64,000 nucleotides of DNA from an uncultured Gammaproteobacteria bacterium (GCA_963797555.1 CAWCPV010000003.1:963610-1027609), one strand, 5' to 3'; counted from the stretch's first letter, positions 1-10,935 are shown. The notes: a model not told the origin generated them from the letters alone. Numbers and translations are program-made.

Positions 1-1707
1 GCACGCTATGCAGGGATCGAAGCTATGGATGGTGCGCAGGATCTCGATCGGCTGTTGCGGGTCCTGTAGCTTGTGTCCCTTGAGCGCGGCTTCGTACGGG
101 CCATCCTGGCCCATGGCATCGCGGGGACCCGCATTCCACGTGCTGGGGACTACGGCCTGATAGTTGGCGATCTTGCCGTCGCCGATGACGATCCAGTGCG
201 CCAGGGCGCCACGGGGGGCCTCCATGTACCCCACCCCCTTCGACTCGCGCGGCCACGTGGACGGGTCCCAATAAGCGTCGTTGAACGTACGCACATCGCC
301 CGCCTTGATGTTGGCGATAAGATTGTCATACCAGGTGCTCATCGCATCGGCGATGATCTTGGTCTCCAGGGTGCGCGCCGCAGTCCGCCCCAAGGTGGAG
401 AACAGGGCGTCCAGCGGAAGGTCCAGCTTCTGCAGTGCCTGTGTGGCCAGCTCGCGCGTGGGCTCGTGCCCGGTAGCATAGAGCATCAAGACGCGCGCCA
501 GGGGGCCCACCTCCATCGGCTTGCCTTTCCAGCGGGGCGACTTCAACCAAGAGTAGTCTTTCTCCACATCCAGATACTCGTACGGCGGCTTGGGGCCCGT
601 GTAGTCGAGGTTGGTCTCCCCGTCATAGGGGTGCAGGCCCTTATCCTTGCCCCCCGTGTACGAATACCAGGAATGGGTCACGTACTCCTGGACCTGATCC
701 GGTGCGGTGAGGTCGATAGAGTGCACTTGGCTGAGATCCCGGTTCAGGATGACCCCTCGCGGTATGAGGAAGCTGGCCGGGTCGTTCATGCCCTGTTCCG
801 GAAAGTCCCCGTACGTCAGGAAATTACCGACCCCCTCGCCCTGCCTGAACCAGTCCTTGTAAAAGCCCGCGATGGCCAGCGTGTCCGGAAGATAGACTTG
901 GTCAACGAAGGTGCGCATCTTGTCCATGATGTCCTTCACCTTGGCCAGGCCCACAACATCGACCGCGGTGCCTCCAGTCGCGCCACTGGGGCCTCCCGCC
1001 GCCCCGCCGGCGTCCACGCTGATGGCACAGGGCGCACCACCCACCAGGAAGTTCGGGTGCGGGTTCTTGCCCCCAAAGATGGTGAGGAGCTTCGCCACCT
1101 CCCGCTGCCACGCCAGCGCATCCAGGTAGTGGGCCACCGCCATCAGGTTGGCCTCGGGCGGAAGCTTGTAGGCAGGATTGCCCCAATAGCCGTTGGCAAA
1201 GATGCCCAGTTGGCCCGAGCCTACAAAGTTCTTCAGGCGGGTCTGGACATCTGCAAAGTAGCCGGGAGAGGACCTCGGGTAATTGGGGCTCACCTGCTGC
1301 GCCAGCTCAGAGGTGGCCTTGGGATCCGCCTTCAGCGCCGAGACCACATCCACCCAGTCCAGAGCATGCAGGTGGTAGAAGTGCATGACATGGTCGTGCA
1401 CGTACTGGGCCGCAATCATCAGGTTGCGGATGAGCTGCGCATTCGGCGGGATGGAGTAGTTCAGCGCATTCTCGACGGCACGCACCGAGGCGATGGCGTG
1501 CACCAGGGTGCAGACGCCACAGATGCGCTGCGCGAACGCCCACGCATCGCGGGGATCCCGCCCGCGCAGGATGATCTCTATGCCGCGCACCATCGTTCCG
1601 GCGCTGGAGGCGCGGCTGATCACCCCGTTCGCGTCGGTCTCCGCCTCGATGCGCAGATGCCCTTCGATGCGGGTGATGGGGTCTACGACGACTCTTTGGG
1701 TGCTCAT
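1..1707 (-). CDS. hynL: [NiFe]-hydrogenase large subunit (group 1, HynL/HydB-type); runs off the left edge
   Basis: Manual translation (not in the ORF track): starts MSTQRVVVDPITRIEGHLRIE, contains RICGVC, and reaches LRTIHSFDPCIAC at base 1. Confidence 0.95.
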   Translation of the reverse strand, partial: MSTQRVVVDPITRIEGHLRIEAETDANGVISRASSAGTMVRGIEIILRGRDPRDAWAFAQRICGVCTLVHAIASVRAVENALNYSIPPNAQLIRNLMIAAQYVHDHVMHFYHLHALDWVDVVSALKADPKATSELAQQVSPNYPRSSPGYFADVQTRLKNFVGSGQLGIFANGYWGNPAYKLPPEANLMAVAHYLDALAWQREVAKLLTIFGGKNPHPNFLVGGAPCAISVDAGGAAGGPSGATGGTAVDVVGLAKVKDIMDKMRTFVDQVYLPDTLAIAGFYKDWFRQGEGVGNFLTYGDFPEQGMNDPASFLIPRGVILNRDLSQVHSIDLTAPDQVQEYVTHSWYSYTGGKDKGLHPYDGETNLDYTGPKPPYEYLDVEKDYSWLKSPRWKGKPMEVGPLARVLMLYATGHEPTRELATQALQKLDLPLDALFSTLGRTAARTLETKIIADAMSTWYDNLIANIKAGDVRTFNDAYWDPSTWPRESKGVGYMEAPRGALAHWIVIGDGKIANYQAVVPSTWNAGPRDAMGQDGPYEAALKGHKLQDPQQPIEILRTIHSFDPCIAC

Positions 1708-1709
1708 GA

Positions 1710-1896
1710 TGCCTCGACCCTATTGTCCGTGACCAGCTCCAACAGACTGCGGGGCGGTCTTGTCCCAACGATAGTGGGCTTGCCCGTCGTCAAACGTCAG
1801 GCGGCAGTCGGCACAGGAAGTCACCAACATCTCGGTCCCGGTCTTCTCCGCCTGCTCCGTCTCGATCTCAAGAGCGCGCCGCCAAACCTTGCCTGC
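1710..1896 (-). pseudogene. isp2: Remnant of isp2 (CCG-domain Fe-S subunit); C-terminal fragment only
   Basis: Translates as ALEIETEQAEKTGTEMLVTSCADCRLTFDDGQAHYRWDK, then SLLELVTDN after a frameshift; lies at the isp2 position between isp1 and hynL. Confidence 0.7.
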
Positions 1897-2550
1897 TCAC
1901 GCTCTCACCCCCTTGCGCTCGAAAGAGGCTCCTATGGCCGCGCGGGAGGGCACGAACAGCACGGCGTGCATCAGCTTCCCGAACGGGAACCAGACGAACA
2001 ACAGGTCCACGCTCAGCAAGTGGATGCCGAGCATGTGCTCGTAGCGCGGCCCGAGATGGGCGTATGCCATCAGGCCGGTCACCACCGGCGTGACGGTGAC
2101 GAACCAACTGAAGTAGTCATCCCAGTCCGAGATGAGCCGCAGCACCGGCGTGGACAGGCGCCGCAGCAGCATGGCCACCAGGGCGCCCACCGTGATGGCC
2201 GCGGCTAGCACCACCACATTGTTGGGCAGGCCCGGCCAGGACAGCCCGGTCAGTCCCTTGATGAACAGGATGTGTGGCACGAAGGTGAATACCACGATGG
2301 CGAGCCCGATGTGGAACGCATAGGCCATCACCAGTTGATAGCGGGTCGCCGCGAAGAACTCCGGTCTCGGCCACATGCGCGTGAGCACGGCGCGCGAGCC
2401 TCCCCACCAGGTGTCGGTGTGCCGCGGCTTGCTGTGGTCCGTGCGGTACGCCAGCAGCAGGACCCCGAACAGCCTCCAGGCCGTGCCCAACAGCAGGATG
2501 ATGAGCGACCCCTGCAGTGCCGGGCCACGGGCGAAATCCAGCAGGCTCAT
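1897..2550 (-). CDS. isp1: Isp1 (NarI/DsrM-like cytochrome b membrane subunit); in frame with hynS as assembled
   Basis: MSLLDFARGP... with several TM helices, His ligands and a FPFGKLMH motif; own RBS (GGAAGGAG) before the ATG at 2550. Confidence 0.85.
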   Translation of the reverse strand: MSLLDFARGPALQGSLIILLLGTAWRLFGVLLLAYRTDHSKPRHTDTWWGGSRAVLTRMWPRPEFFAATRYQLVMAYAFHIGLAIVVFTFVPHILFIKGLTGLSWPGLPNNVVVLAAAITVGALVAMLLRRLSTPVLRLISDWDDYFSWFVTVTPVVTGLMAYAHLGPRYEHMLGIHLLSVDLLFVWFPFGKLMHAVLFVPSRAAIGASFERKGVRA

Positions 2551-3609
2551 GGCGACTCCTTCCTGGCCGACGTTCTGGTGTTTACGCGCGAGCACAGCGG
2601 CGCCGGCGCCAAGGGCAGCGCCCGCAACCACGGCCGCACCGAGGATCGAGGCAGGCCCGGGCTTTCCGTAGGACAGGGCCGCGTAGAAGCTGCCGCGGTC
2701 CCAGAAATCGGGCTCCGAACAGCCCAGGCATGGGTGGCCGGACTCGATAGGGAAGCTGGTGCCCTGGTTCCACTTGACGGTCGCGCAGGCGTTGTACGTG
2801 ACCGGGCCCTTGCAGCCGAGCTCATACAGGCACCAGCCGTTACGGGCACCTTCGTCGTCGAAGCTCTTGGCGAACTTGCCCTGGTCGTAGAAGGGCCGCC
2901 GGTAGCACCGGTCGTGAATGGTGTCGCCGAAGAACACCTTGGGACGATTGAGCGGATCGAGTTCCGGCAGGCGCCCGTAAGTCACATAGTAGGCGACCGT
3001 CCCAGTGATGACCACCGGGATGGGCGGACAGCCCGAGACATTGACGATGGGCCTCTCCGTGATAATCTCCGACACCGGGACGGCGCCGGTCGGGTTGGGG
3101 TAGGCATAAGGAATGCCGCCGAACGAGGAGCAGGTCCCGACGCAGATGATGGCGGCTGCCCCCTTGGCTGCCTTGCGCAGGGTCTCCACGTTGCTCTCGC
3201 CCGCGTTGGTCGAATAGGCGCCGTCAGCGCCGAGGGCCACCGAGCCATCGACCATCAGGATGTACTTGCCGTAATTCTCTTCCATGGCCTTGTCGCGGGC
3301 CGCTTCCGCCGCGCTGCCGGCGGCGGCCTGCAAAGTATCGTTGTAATCCAGGGAGATCGCGTTGAAGATCAGATCCTCGATGGTCGGCGAGAACGACCGC
3401 GTGAGCGACTCGAGGCACCCGGTGCACTCCTGGAAGGAAAGGTAGATCACGGACGGCCTTCGTGCCCGCTCCAGCGACGCGGCCATGGCAGCCGCTGCCG
3501 AGGGTGGCAGCGCCATGATGGAGGCCAAGGCAGTGCAGTACTTCAAGAAACTTCGCCGGCTCAGCCCGTGTCTGCGAAGGGCAGCACCGAGCGTTTCCTG
3601 GGTGGACAT
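2551..3609 (-). CDS. hynS: [NiFe]-hydrogenase small subunit (Tat-exported); no stop codon before isp1
   Basis: SRRSFLK Tat motif; Fe-S motifs ECTGC, GCPP, HDRCYRR, GWCLYELGCKGP, GHPCLGC; C-terminal hydrophobic anchor. Confidence 0.93.
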
Positions 3610-3649
3610 GGGCGAGGCTCCTGTCAGGGGGCTTTAAGCGTCGCGCCGA

Positions 3650-4072
3650 TCAGGCTCCTTTGTTATCACAAGGCTCGTCCTCCTGCAAGCTTTTTCTAAG
3701 GCGCACCAGCCCATCCCCCACATCCAGGGGATGACTCTTCAATATCTCCGGCACCCAGGTGACCTCGATGCACTCCGCCGTCACCTCTCCGGCGGGATCG
3801 CAGTGAGTAACCCACCACACGCCGGGGTAGGCCGTTTCGACGACGTGACTGGGACCGAGCACCTGCAGCGTCGCGCGCACCTCGCCCTGCCCGAGCAATG
3901 CCTTCAGATGCTCGTAATCCGAGGCAGCCAGCGGCAGGCTGCGCAGGTCTATGGCGTTCTCCTCTCCCCGCGCCACCAACGCGTCCAGCATGGAGATAAG
4001 CTCGTGCAGCAGTGCCCGAGCGTAGCCCGGCCCCGCGACCACCTTCACTGCGATGTCCTTCAGACCGCTCAT
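3650..4072 (-). CDS. Hydrogenase expression/formation protein (HyaF/HupH C-terminal type)
   Basis: IDLRSLPL...LGQGEV...ETAYPGVWWVTH...IEVTWVPEIL; start MSGLKDIAV overlaps the upstream stop. Confidence 0.85.
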   Translation of the reverse strand: MSGLKDIAVKVVAGPGYARALLHELISMLDALVARGEENAIDLRSLPLAASDYEHLKALLGQGEVRATLQVLGPSHVVETAYPGVWWVTHCDPAGEVTAECIEVTWVPEILKSHPLDVGDGLVRLRKSLQEDEPCDNKGA

Positions 4073-4578
4073 GGCTTCCAGGCGTCGAGAAGCGCCCGCA
4101 CCCTCAGGGCCACTTTCGGCAGGGCACGCTCCACGGCAGGCGTCAGCAGGTCGCTCCATCCGATGTAGGCTGGCTGCACCGCCACCAGGGCCCGACGCTC
4201 CGGCAGGTCACCTACCAGATGGCCGGCGACCAGCAGATCATAGAGGCTCACCTCGTGCACGCTGCAGCCCGTGCGCGTGGCTAGAAAGCGATCCATCTCC
4301 TGCCCTACGAACTCGCGCACGCTGCCGGGAGTTGCATGCATCTGGGCGGCGTCGATGACTATGAGTCGGCCAGCGCCCGCCAGGACACCCGCCAGAGCGA
4401 AGCTCAGCGTCCCGCCATCCAGCAGGTCGACCTGAGTGGGGAGATCCTCGCCCCGTAGATACCGGACCGCGTGCACGCCGATCCCCTCGTCTCCCAGTAG
4501 GGTATTACCGAGCCCGAGCACCAGGGCTCGGTTCCCCTCGCCCGCGGTCAAACGGCCGCCCTCCAGCGTTCCTGGCAC
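4069..4578 (-). CDS. Hydrogenase maturation endopeptidase (HyaD/HupD family)
   Basis: LGLGNTLLGDEGIGVH, DGGT, IDA and SVHEV motifs. Confidence 0.92.
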   Translation of the reverse strand: MPGTLEGGRLTAGEGNRALVLGLGNTLLGDEGIGVHAVRYLRGEDLPTQVDLLDGGTLSFALAGVLAGAGRLIVIDAAQMHATPGSVREFVGQEMDRFLATRTGCSVHEVSLYDLLVAGHLVGDLPERRALVAVQPAYIGWSDLLTPAVERALPKVALRVRALLDAWKP

Positions 4579-4649
4579 GGGTCACCAAAATCCTTTATGA
4601 TGCTCGCGAACTGCCGCGGGCGAGTAGGCCGGATCGCGAGGAGAGCACA

Positions 4650-5339
4650 ATGGTCGATCCCATCAAGATCGTGCAGGCGCTTGTCGGGGCCGAGCTAACG
4701 GCTGAGCGAGGCGGCCGTTACGTCCCCAAGGGCAACGTGATCACCGTGTCACGTGTGTACGGCTGTGGTGGGGATGAGATCGCGCAGCGACTCGCCGACC
4801 GACTCGGTCTCGAATACTACGACAAACAAATCCTCGAAGCCATCGTCGCGGCGGCCCCTGAGAACAAGGCGCTGATGGAGCGTTTGGATCAGCAGATGAC
4901 CACGGTGCGCGAAGAGGTCATGCACATGGTGGTCACCGGTAAGAGTCCGACCGAGGAGTACAGACGCCATCTGCTCAATGTGATTCTGGGGATCGCCCGT
5001 AACAGCGGGCTGATAGTCGGTCGCGGCGGGCACTTGGTACTCGCGAACTACCACGCCTTCCGCGTGCGCATCGTGGCCTCCGAGGAGGTCTGCGCGGCGC
5101 GGCTTGCCGAACGCCAACACCTGCCCCAGCCGGAAGCGCTGAGGTGGGTGCGCCAAGCGAACCAGGAGCAAAGCGACTTCATCAGAAAGGTGTTCAGCCG
5201 AGACATCGATGATCCGACCACCTTCGATCTCATCGTCAACACCGACCACGCCGGCATCGAGCAGACCACCAACATCATCCTGCTCGCCATGCAACAGACC
5301 GGCTACAACGTGCCCGCCAAGGCGCTGAGGCCGGCGTGA
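4650..5339 (+). CDS. Cytidylate kinase-like family protein
   Basis: VITVSRVYGCGG P-loop variant, IVGRGG, FDLIVNT; GAGGAG RBS. Confidence 0.85.
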   Translation: MVDPIKIVQALVGAELTAERGGRYVPKGNVITVSRVYGCGGDEIAQRLADRLGLEYYDKQILEAIVAAAPENKALMERLDQQMTTVREEVMHMVVTGKSPTEEYRRHLLNVILGIARNSGLIVGRGGHLVLANYHAFRVRIVASEEVCAARLAERQHLPQPEALRWVRQANQEQSDFIRKVFSRDIDDPTTFDLIVNTDHAGIEQTTNIILLAMQQTGYNVPAKALRPA

Positions 5340-5462
5340 CCACCGAGATCTCGTGAGGAGATCGTCGCGAGCGGCCCGAGAGGCAGGCACCGCGGCGAGA
5401 CCTATCCGGTGCGTCAGGCCAGGAGCGGCCCAATGGCAGGATGGCCATTCGGCCCGTCCGCA

Positions 5463-5483
5463 GTACGCCCCGAAGGGGCGTAC
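5463..5483. terminator. Perfect hairpin between convergent genes (terminator or REP-like)
   Basis: GTACGCCCC-GAA-GGGGCGTAC, 9-bp stem; no U-tract. Confidence 0.4.
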
Positions 5484-5584
5484 AGGCGGGGCGCGGCAGA
5501 CTCATGCACACGCTGCGAGCGCTCCCGAGGCGGGCAAGCGTTCCCCCCTCCCCCCGAAAACCGGCGCGCGGCTGCAACAGCGGG

Positions 5585-6964
5585 CTACTTGGCGTGGCGA
5601 AGTACGCGTTTGCGCTTGCGCACCTGTCGGGGGGTCAGGACGTTCCTGCGTCCCTCGAAGGGGTTGGTGCCGGTCTTGAACTCCAGTTGGACCGGCGTGC
5701 CCCGCAGACGCAGCTCCCGTCGAAAGACGCCTGCCAGGTACCGGCGATAGGAGTCGGGCAGTGCTGCGGTTTGATTGCCGTGGATTACGATGAGGGGAGG
5801 ATTTTGCCCGCCCTGGTGGGCGTATCGCAGTTTGATCCGCCTGCCGCGCACCGCGGGCGGGGCGTGGTTGGCCACTGCCTCCTGGAGGGTGCGGGTCAAC
5901 TCGGGGGTGGACAGCTTGCGCGTAGCCGCGGCGTACGCCTCCTCCACCGAGGTCATCAGATCGCCCACGCCGCTGCCATGCAGTGCCGAGATGAAATGGA
6001 TGCGGGCGAAGTCCACGAAAACCAGTCGCCGCTCCAAGTCGCGACGTACCTGCGTGCGCTGGTCGGGCGCGAGCCCATCCCACTTGTTTACGGCCAGCAC
6101 CAGCGCCTTCCCACGTTGGACGACCCAGCCCAGTAGCGCAGCATCCTGCTCCGCGACCCCCTCTCGGGCATCCAGGACCAGGATCCCCACCTCGGCGCGC
6201 TCCAGCGCCTGCAGGGTCTTGAGTGCACTGAAGCGCTCCGCCGACTCCCGTACCCGGGCGCGTCGGCGCAACCCAGCGGTATCAATGAGCGTGTAGGGTC
6301 GGCCGAAGCGCTCGAACGGGACCTCCACGCTGTCGCGGGTGGTACCGGGCCGGTCGGCCGTGACCATGCGCTCATCGCCCAGCAGACGGTTCACCAGGGT
6401 ACTCTTCCCAACGTTGGGGCGCCCGACGATGGCCACTCTGATCCCATGCTCCGGCACGGCCGACGCGACTTCCCCCGGGAGAAGGGCCAGAATGCCCTCC
6501 ATCAGGCTAGCGACACCGTGCCCGTGGGCCGCGGAGATGGGGTGGACGAAACCCAGGCCGAGGGTATAGAACTCGGCAACCGCTGCGACAGGCTCCAGTC
6601 CGTCCACCTTATTGACCGCCAGCGCCATCGGCCGACCGCTGCCGCGCAGGCGCTCGGCGAGATCCTGGTCGGCCGCGGTCAAACCCTCGCGGGCGTCCAC
6701 CACCAGCACGATCACCGCAGCTTCCTCGACCGCCCGCCACATCTGCTCGGCCACCGCACCTGCCAGGCCCGCCTCCGGATGCCCCCAGCCCCCGGTGTCC
6801 ACGACCCAGTATGCGAAATCGCCCAATCGACCAGCACCGTACTGGCGATCCCTCGTGATACCGGGCAGGTCCGCCACCAGGGCCGCACGCGATCGAGTCA
6901 GGCGGTTGAAGAGAGTGGACTTGCCGACGTTGGGCCGGCCCACCAGCGCGATCAAGTTATGCAT
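5585..6964 (-). CDS. der: Ribosome biogenesis GTPase Der
   Basis: Two [10 protein letters not shown]-loops, DTGG/DTAG, NKVD/NKWD, C-terminal KH-like domain. Confidence 0.97.
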   Translation of the reverse strand: MHNLIALVGRPNVGKSTLFNRLTRSRAALVADLPGITRDRQYGAGRLGDFAYWVVDTGGWGHPEAGLAGAVAEQMWRAVEEAAVIVLVVDAREGLTAADQDLAERLRGSGRPMALAVNKVDGLEPVAAVAEFYTLGLGFVHPISAAHGHGVASLMEGILALLPGEVASAVPEHGIRVAIVGRPNVGKSTLVNRLLGDERMVTADRPGTTRDSVEVPFERFGRPYTLIDTAGLRRRARVRESAERFSALKTLQALERAEVGILVLDAREGVAEQDAALLGWVVQRGKALVLAVNKWDGLAPDQRTQVRRDLERRLVFVDFARIHFISALHGSGVGDLMTSVEEAYAAATRKLSTPELTRTLQEAVANHAPPAVRGRRIKLRYAHQGGQNPPLIVIHGNQTAALPDSYRRYLAGVFRRELRLRGTPVQLEFKTGTNPFEGRRNVLTPRQVRKRKRVLRHAK

Positions 6965-7105
6965 GGGGTTTGCGTGTAAGGCTCGCCGATGGGTAGCGGC
7001 GGAGTCCGCGCCTGCGGACATGCAGCCGAGACTGGGGACGTACGCTCCCGCCGAGCACGACCAGCGACTCTGGCGTGAGCCGCTCCCGCCGCGGACATCA
7101 CCCGC

Positions 7106-8278
7106 CTAATGGGCTTCCTCGCGTGGACCTACGCGCAGCGCTGCCAGGTCGCCGCTCTGACCGTAAGCATAGGCGACATCGTTCGTGACCAGCGGGGGGA
7201 CCAGCACTGCGGCGGAACCGAGACGCCACCTGGCCTGCAGGTGGCCGTCGTCCTGCGAGAGCCAGTGCAGATAACCCTCGAAGTCCCCGACCACGAGCGA
7301 ACTACCTTGCAGCGCCGGCGCGGTCAGCGCTCGCCCGCGCAGGGCGGTCTGCTTCCAGACGGAGGCCCCGGTGAAACGGTCCAATGCCCATACCTCGCTG
7401 TGCTCGTCGGTCACGTACACGTGACGGTCGTCCGCAGCCAAGCCGGCATAGGACGAAATGTCTCGTCCCCACACCGGGTTGCCGGTGTCGCCGTCGAGCG
7501 CCGCCACCCGTCCCTGAAAGCTCGCAACGTAAACCATGCCGCGGTAGTCGACGGGATCGGCGTCGATATCCACCATGCGTTCCAGCTCCGAGCGGCCGCG
7601 CGGCAAGCCGATAGCCTGCTCCCAGAGGGGCTTGCCGTCGGGCAAGGAGAGAGCCACGAGCTTGCCGCTCTCCAAGCCGATGATCGCCCGGCCCTGCACC
7701 AGCAGCGGGGCGCTGTTCCCACGCAACGTGAGCACCGGGACGGTGCTCTGATAGACCCACAAGCGGTGACCGTCCAGCGCATCCAGGCCGTACACGTGCC
7801 CGTCGATGCTCCGGACCACGACGACGCCGTTTCCGGCATGCGGGGTCGCGAGAATCTCGCTGGGGAGGCCCACCCGCCAACGCAGCGCACCATCGCCCTG
7901 CCCCAGCGCCAGCACCTCCCCTTTGTCGCTGCCCAGCAGCACCAGCCGTTCATCGGCACCTACCCCTGCCGAGACCGGCACGCGGGTCTGCATCTCCCAA
8001 AGGCGTTTGCCCTTGTCCGCGTCCAGGGCGACCACCAACCCATTGTCGTCGGCCGCAAACAGCCGACTGCCGTCCATCGCCGGTGTGAGCCGTACGTAAA
8101 GCTTTCCGGCCCCGTGCCCGACCCGCGTCGACCACAGGCTCTGCACGCTGAGTTCGGGGTGGATCTCGGTCAGCTTGGCGGGAGGCTCCAGCGGCTCGTC
8201 GCTGCCGAAGTAACCGCGTATCCACGAGCAGCCCCCCAGGCTCGACGCCAGCAGGAAAACCACGGTTGCACGCCTCAT
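7106..8278 (-). CDS. bamB: Outer membrane assembly lipoprotein BamB
   Basis: Lipobox LGGC, PQQ-like beta-propeller repeats, position between yfgM and der. Confidence 0.95.
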   Translation of the reverse strand: MRRATVVFLLASSLGGCSWIRGYFGSDEPLEPPAKLTEIHPELSVQSLWSTRVGHGAGKLYVRLTPAMDGSRLFAADDNGLVVALDADKGKRLWEMQTRVPVSAGVGADERLVLLGSDKGEVLALGQGDGALRWRVGLPSEILATPHAGNGVVVVRSIDGHVYGLDALDGHRLWVYQSTVPVLTLRGNSAPLLVQGRAIIGLESGKLVALSLPDGKPLWEQAIGLPRGRSELERMVDIDADPVDYRGMVYVASFQGRVAALDGDTGNPVWGRDISSYAGLAADDRHVYVTDEHSEVWALDRFTGASVWKQTALRGRALTAPALQGSSLVVGDFEGYLHWLSQDDGHLQARWRLGSAAVLVPPLVTNDVAYAYGQSGDLAALRVGPREEAH

Positions 8279-8910
8279 GGGCTGGACCCTTCCGGCACGT
8301 CGTCCAGCTTCATCTGGATACGCGATCGGTCCGCGGCATCCGCGGCGGCCAGGGCGGCCCCGTAGGCCGTGCGCGCCTCCTTTCGGTCACCCAGCGCCAT
8401 TTCAATGTCCCCCTTGATCTCTTGGCGCCGCGCCGCGAAGGCGGCGGGCACAGGTCGATCCACCAGGGCCAGGGCCTTCTTGCCCTCGCCCCGCGACAGG
8501 AGGACCGCGGCCAAGCGCAACCTCACCACTGGCTCCAGACTCTTGTCGGGAAGGTGCTGCTGCGCCCACTCCAGCCGGGCTTGGGCCGCCGACAGGTCTC
8601 CTTTATCCAGATCCAGACTCGACAGGGTGAGGGCGCTGAAGAAACCGTACGCCGTGCCGCCGTAATCATGCAGCACCCGCTCACCCAGCTCCTTGGCCTG
8701 CAAGGTTTGGTCGGACGCAGCCGCCGCGGCCATGCGCTCGAAGCCGCTGGATGCCTGGGCCGCCTGCGACTGGCGATAGCCTGCCCACTGCCTCCAGCCG
8801 AAGACGGCCGCGAGCCCGAGAGCAACTCCCACCAGCACGCTCTTGCCGTTGTCCCTGACCCACTGTCTGATCGCCTCAACTTGTTCCTCTTCCGTCTTCA
8901 GGCCTTCCAC
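8275..8910 (-). CDS. yfgM: Ancillary SecYEG subunit YfgM (TPR)
   Basis: TEEEQVEAIRQWVRDNG followed by a TM helix; synteny. Confidence 0.93.
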   Translation of the reverse strand: MEGLKTEEEQVEAIRQWVRDNGKSVLVGVALGLAAVFGWRQWAGYRQSQAAQASSGFERMAAAAASDQTLQAKELGERVLHDYGGTAYGFFSALTLSSLDLDKGDLSAAQARLEWAQQHLPDKSLEPVVRLRLAAVLLSRGEGKKALALVDRPVPAAFAARRQEIKGDIEMALGDRKEARTAYGAALAAADAADRSRIQMKLDDVPEGSSP

Positions 8911-10265
8911 TACCGGCTCCTCTCCTCAGTCGCACCCACCTCTCGTTGGAACACGCACAAGCGGCCGGTCGGCCCGGCACCACCCGTCAGACCGGCCGCC
9001 GCCGCGACATATTCCGCCAGCCGCTCCTGGGCGACCCGCTCCTGTGGTCGCCCCGTACGCAGGAACTTGATACCCACGTCGCCGCGGCTCACCTCGTCCT
9101 CGCCGAGGACGAGGGCCAGCGTGGCTCCACTGCGGTCGGCCCGCTTCATCTGAGCCTTCACGCTGCCACCCGAACAGTCCACCGTCAGCCGCACGGCCGG
9201 GATTTCATCGCGCAGTCGCTCCGCCAGCGCCAATCCAGCATGCCGCGCCTGCTCGTCCATCAGCACCAAGTAGCAGTGCGGATCCCGCGTTTGGCAGAGA
9301 TGCGGCGATGCCATGCGCATCAGAGTGACGACCCGCTCCAACCCAATGGCCAAACCGACGGCCGGAGTGGCGGGGCCGCCCATCTGCTCGATCAGACCGT
9401 CGTACCGGCCTCCGGCGCACACCGTGCCCTGCGCGCCGAGACGGTCGCTGACCCACTCGAACACCGTGCGCGTGTAGTAGTCGAGCCCGCGCACCAGACG
9501 GAAGTTGATCTCGTAGCGCACCTTCCCACCATCCAAGAGTCGCCGCAGACCCTCGAAGTGCGCCTGTGATTCTGGGTCCAGGTGGTCCCACAAGCGCGGG
9601 GCACCCTCGATCACCTCCTGCATGGCCGGATTCTTGCTGTCGAGGACGCGCAACGGGTTGCTCTGCAGGCGGCGGCGGCTGTCCTCGTCCAGGGCATCGA
9701 AATGACCGGACAGATAATGGACGAGCTGCCGACGGTAGGCGGCGCGCGCCGGTGGTGAGCCGAGGGAGTTGATCTGCAGCACCAAGTCCGCGAGTCCGAG
9801 ATCGCACCACGCGCGTGCCGTCATGAGGACCAGCTCGGCGTCGATTTCTGGACCCGCCATGCCCAAGGCCTCCACCCCCACCTGGCGGAACTGCCGGTAG
9901 CGGCCCTGTTGGGGACGCTCGTGCCGGAACATCGGTCCACCGTACCAGAGCCGCTGAATCGGCTGATGATGGAGCAGGCCGTGCTCGAGCACCGCACGCA
10001 CGCACCCGGCAGTGCCCTCGGGGCGAAGCGTCAGGCTGTCGCCGTTGCGATCGGCGAAGGTGTACATTTCTTTCTCGACAATGTCCGTGGCCTCGCCGAT
10101 CGAGCGGACGAACAGCTCCGTCCGTTCCAGCAACGGCAGCCGAATTTCCTGGTAACCGTAGCGCGCGAGCAGCGCACCGAGCACCCGCTCCAACGTTTGC
10201 CAGCACGGAGCCTCCTCGGGAAGGATGTCACTCATGCCGCGAACGGCTTGTATGCTGTAGGCCAT
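8910..10265 (-). CDS. hisS: Histidine--tRNA ligase
   Basis: [35 protein letters not shown]. Confidence 0.97.
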   Translation of the reverse strand: MAYSIQAVRGMSDILPEEAPCWQTLERVLGALLARYGYQEIRLPLLERTELFVRSIGEATDIVEKEMYTFADRNGDSLTLRPEGTAGCVRAVLEHGLLHHQPIQRLWYGGPMFRHERPQQGRYRQFRQVGVEALGMAGPEIDAELVLMTARAWCDLGLADLVLQINSLGSPPARAAYRRQLVHYLSGHFDALDEDSRRRLQSNPLRVLDSKNPAMQEVIEGAPRLWDHLDPESQAHFEGLRRLLDGGKVRYEINFRLVRGLDYYTRTVFEWVSDRLGAQGTVCAGGRYDGLIEQMGGPATPAVGLAIGLERVVTLMRMASPHLCQTRDPHCYLVLMDEQARHAGLALAERLRDEIPAVRLTVDCSGGSVKAQMKRADRSGATLALVLGEDEVSRGDVGIKFLRTGRPQERVAQERLAEYVAAAAGLTGGAGPTGRLCVFQREVGATEERSR

Positions 10266-10458
10266 AGCCGGCTAGCATAAGAGATTGGCCAGATGGGGCA
10301 CAAGGCAAGGCCGTGACGAGCGCTCACTCCATACCGTCCCGGCGAGCCAGGCAGCCCTCGATAGGACAGCGTGGTTGCTGGAGCGTTTCACGGGGGTCGC
10401 CGCCGCCCAACTCTGCGCCGGGTCACTGCCGTCAGGCACTCACGCATCTGGTCGCGCC

Positions 10459-10935
10459 GTGGTCCCCATAGTCATTTCCGGAGGACAGACAGGTGTGGAC
10501 CGTGCGGCCTTGGATGCGGCGTTGCAGCGCCGCACACCGTGCGGAGGCTGGTGTCCGCGGGGCCGCCGCGCAGAGGACGGCCCGATACCCGGGCGTTACC
10601 CGCTGAAAGAGACCCCTTCCACCGACTACGCGCAACGCACATGGTGGAATGTGCGCGATGCCGATGCGACGCTCGTCCTCTACCACGGCCGCGTCGCGGG
10701 CGGCACCGCCCTCACCGCGCGCTTCGCTCGCACAATCGGCAGGCCCCTCAAGCTGGCGGACCTGTCGCGCAGCCCGTCCGTCGAAAGAACGGCCGCTTGG
10801 ATGGCTGGGCATCGCATCCGCAGCCTCAACGTCGCCGGGCCGAGGGAGAGTCAGTGCCCCGGCATCTATCTAAGCACGCGGAACTTCCTGGAAGAACTAC
10901 TCTCCCTGCTCGCCTCCGACAACTTCCGTGCCTGA
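10459..10935 (+). CDS. Putative molybdenum-cofactor carrier (SLOG superfamily) protein; start uncertain
   Basis: ISGGQTGVDRAALD, GGWCPRGRRAEDG, LNVAGPRES. Confidence 0.85.
   Translation: MVPIVISGGQTGVDRAALDAALQRRTPCGGWCPRGRRAEDGPIPGRYPLKETPSTDYAQRTWWNVRDADATLVLYHGRVAGGTALTARFARTIGRPLKLADLSRSPSVERTAAWMAGHRIRSLNVAGPRESQCPGIYLSTRNFLEELLSLLASDNFRA

Noticed and set aside
73-2208. 711-aa plus-strand ORF and similar long antisense ORFs (2272..3699, 32375..33886, 34615..36441, 50877..52865, 58348..60735)
   Set aside because: Shadow ORFs opposite well-supported genes, typical of high-GC DNA; no recognisable motifs.
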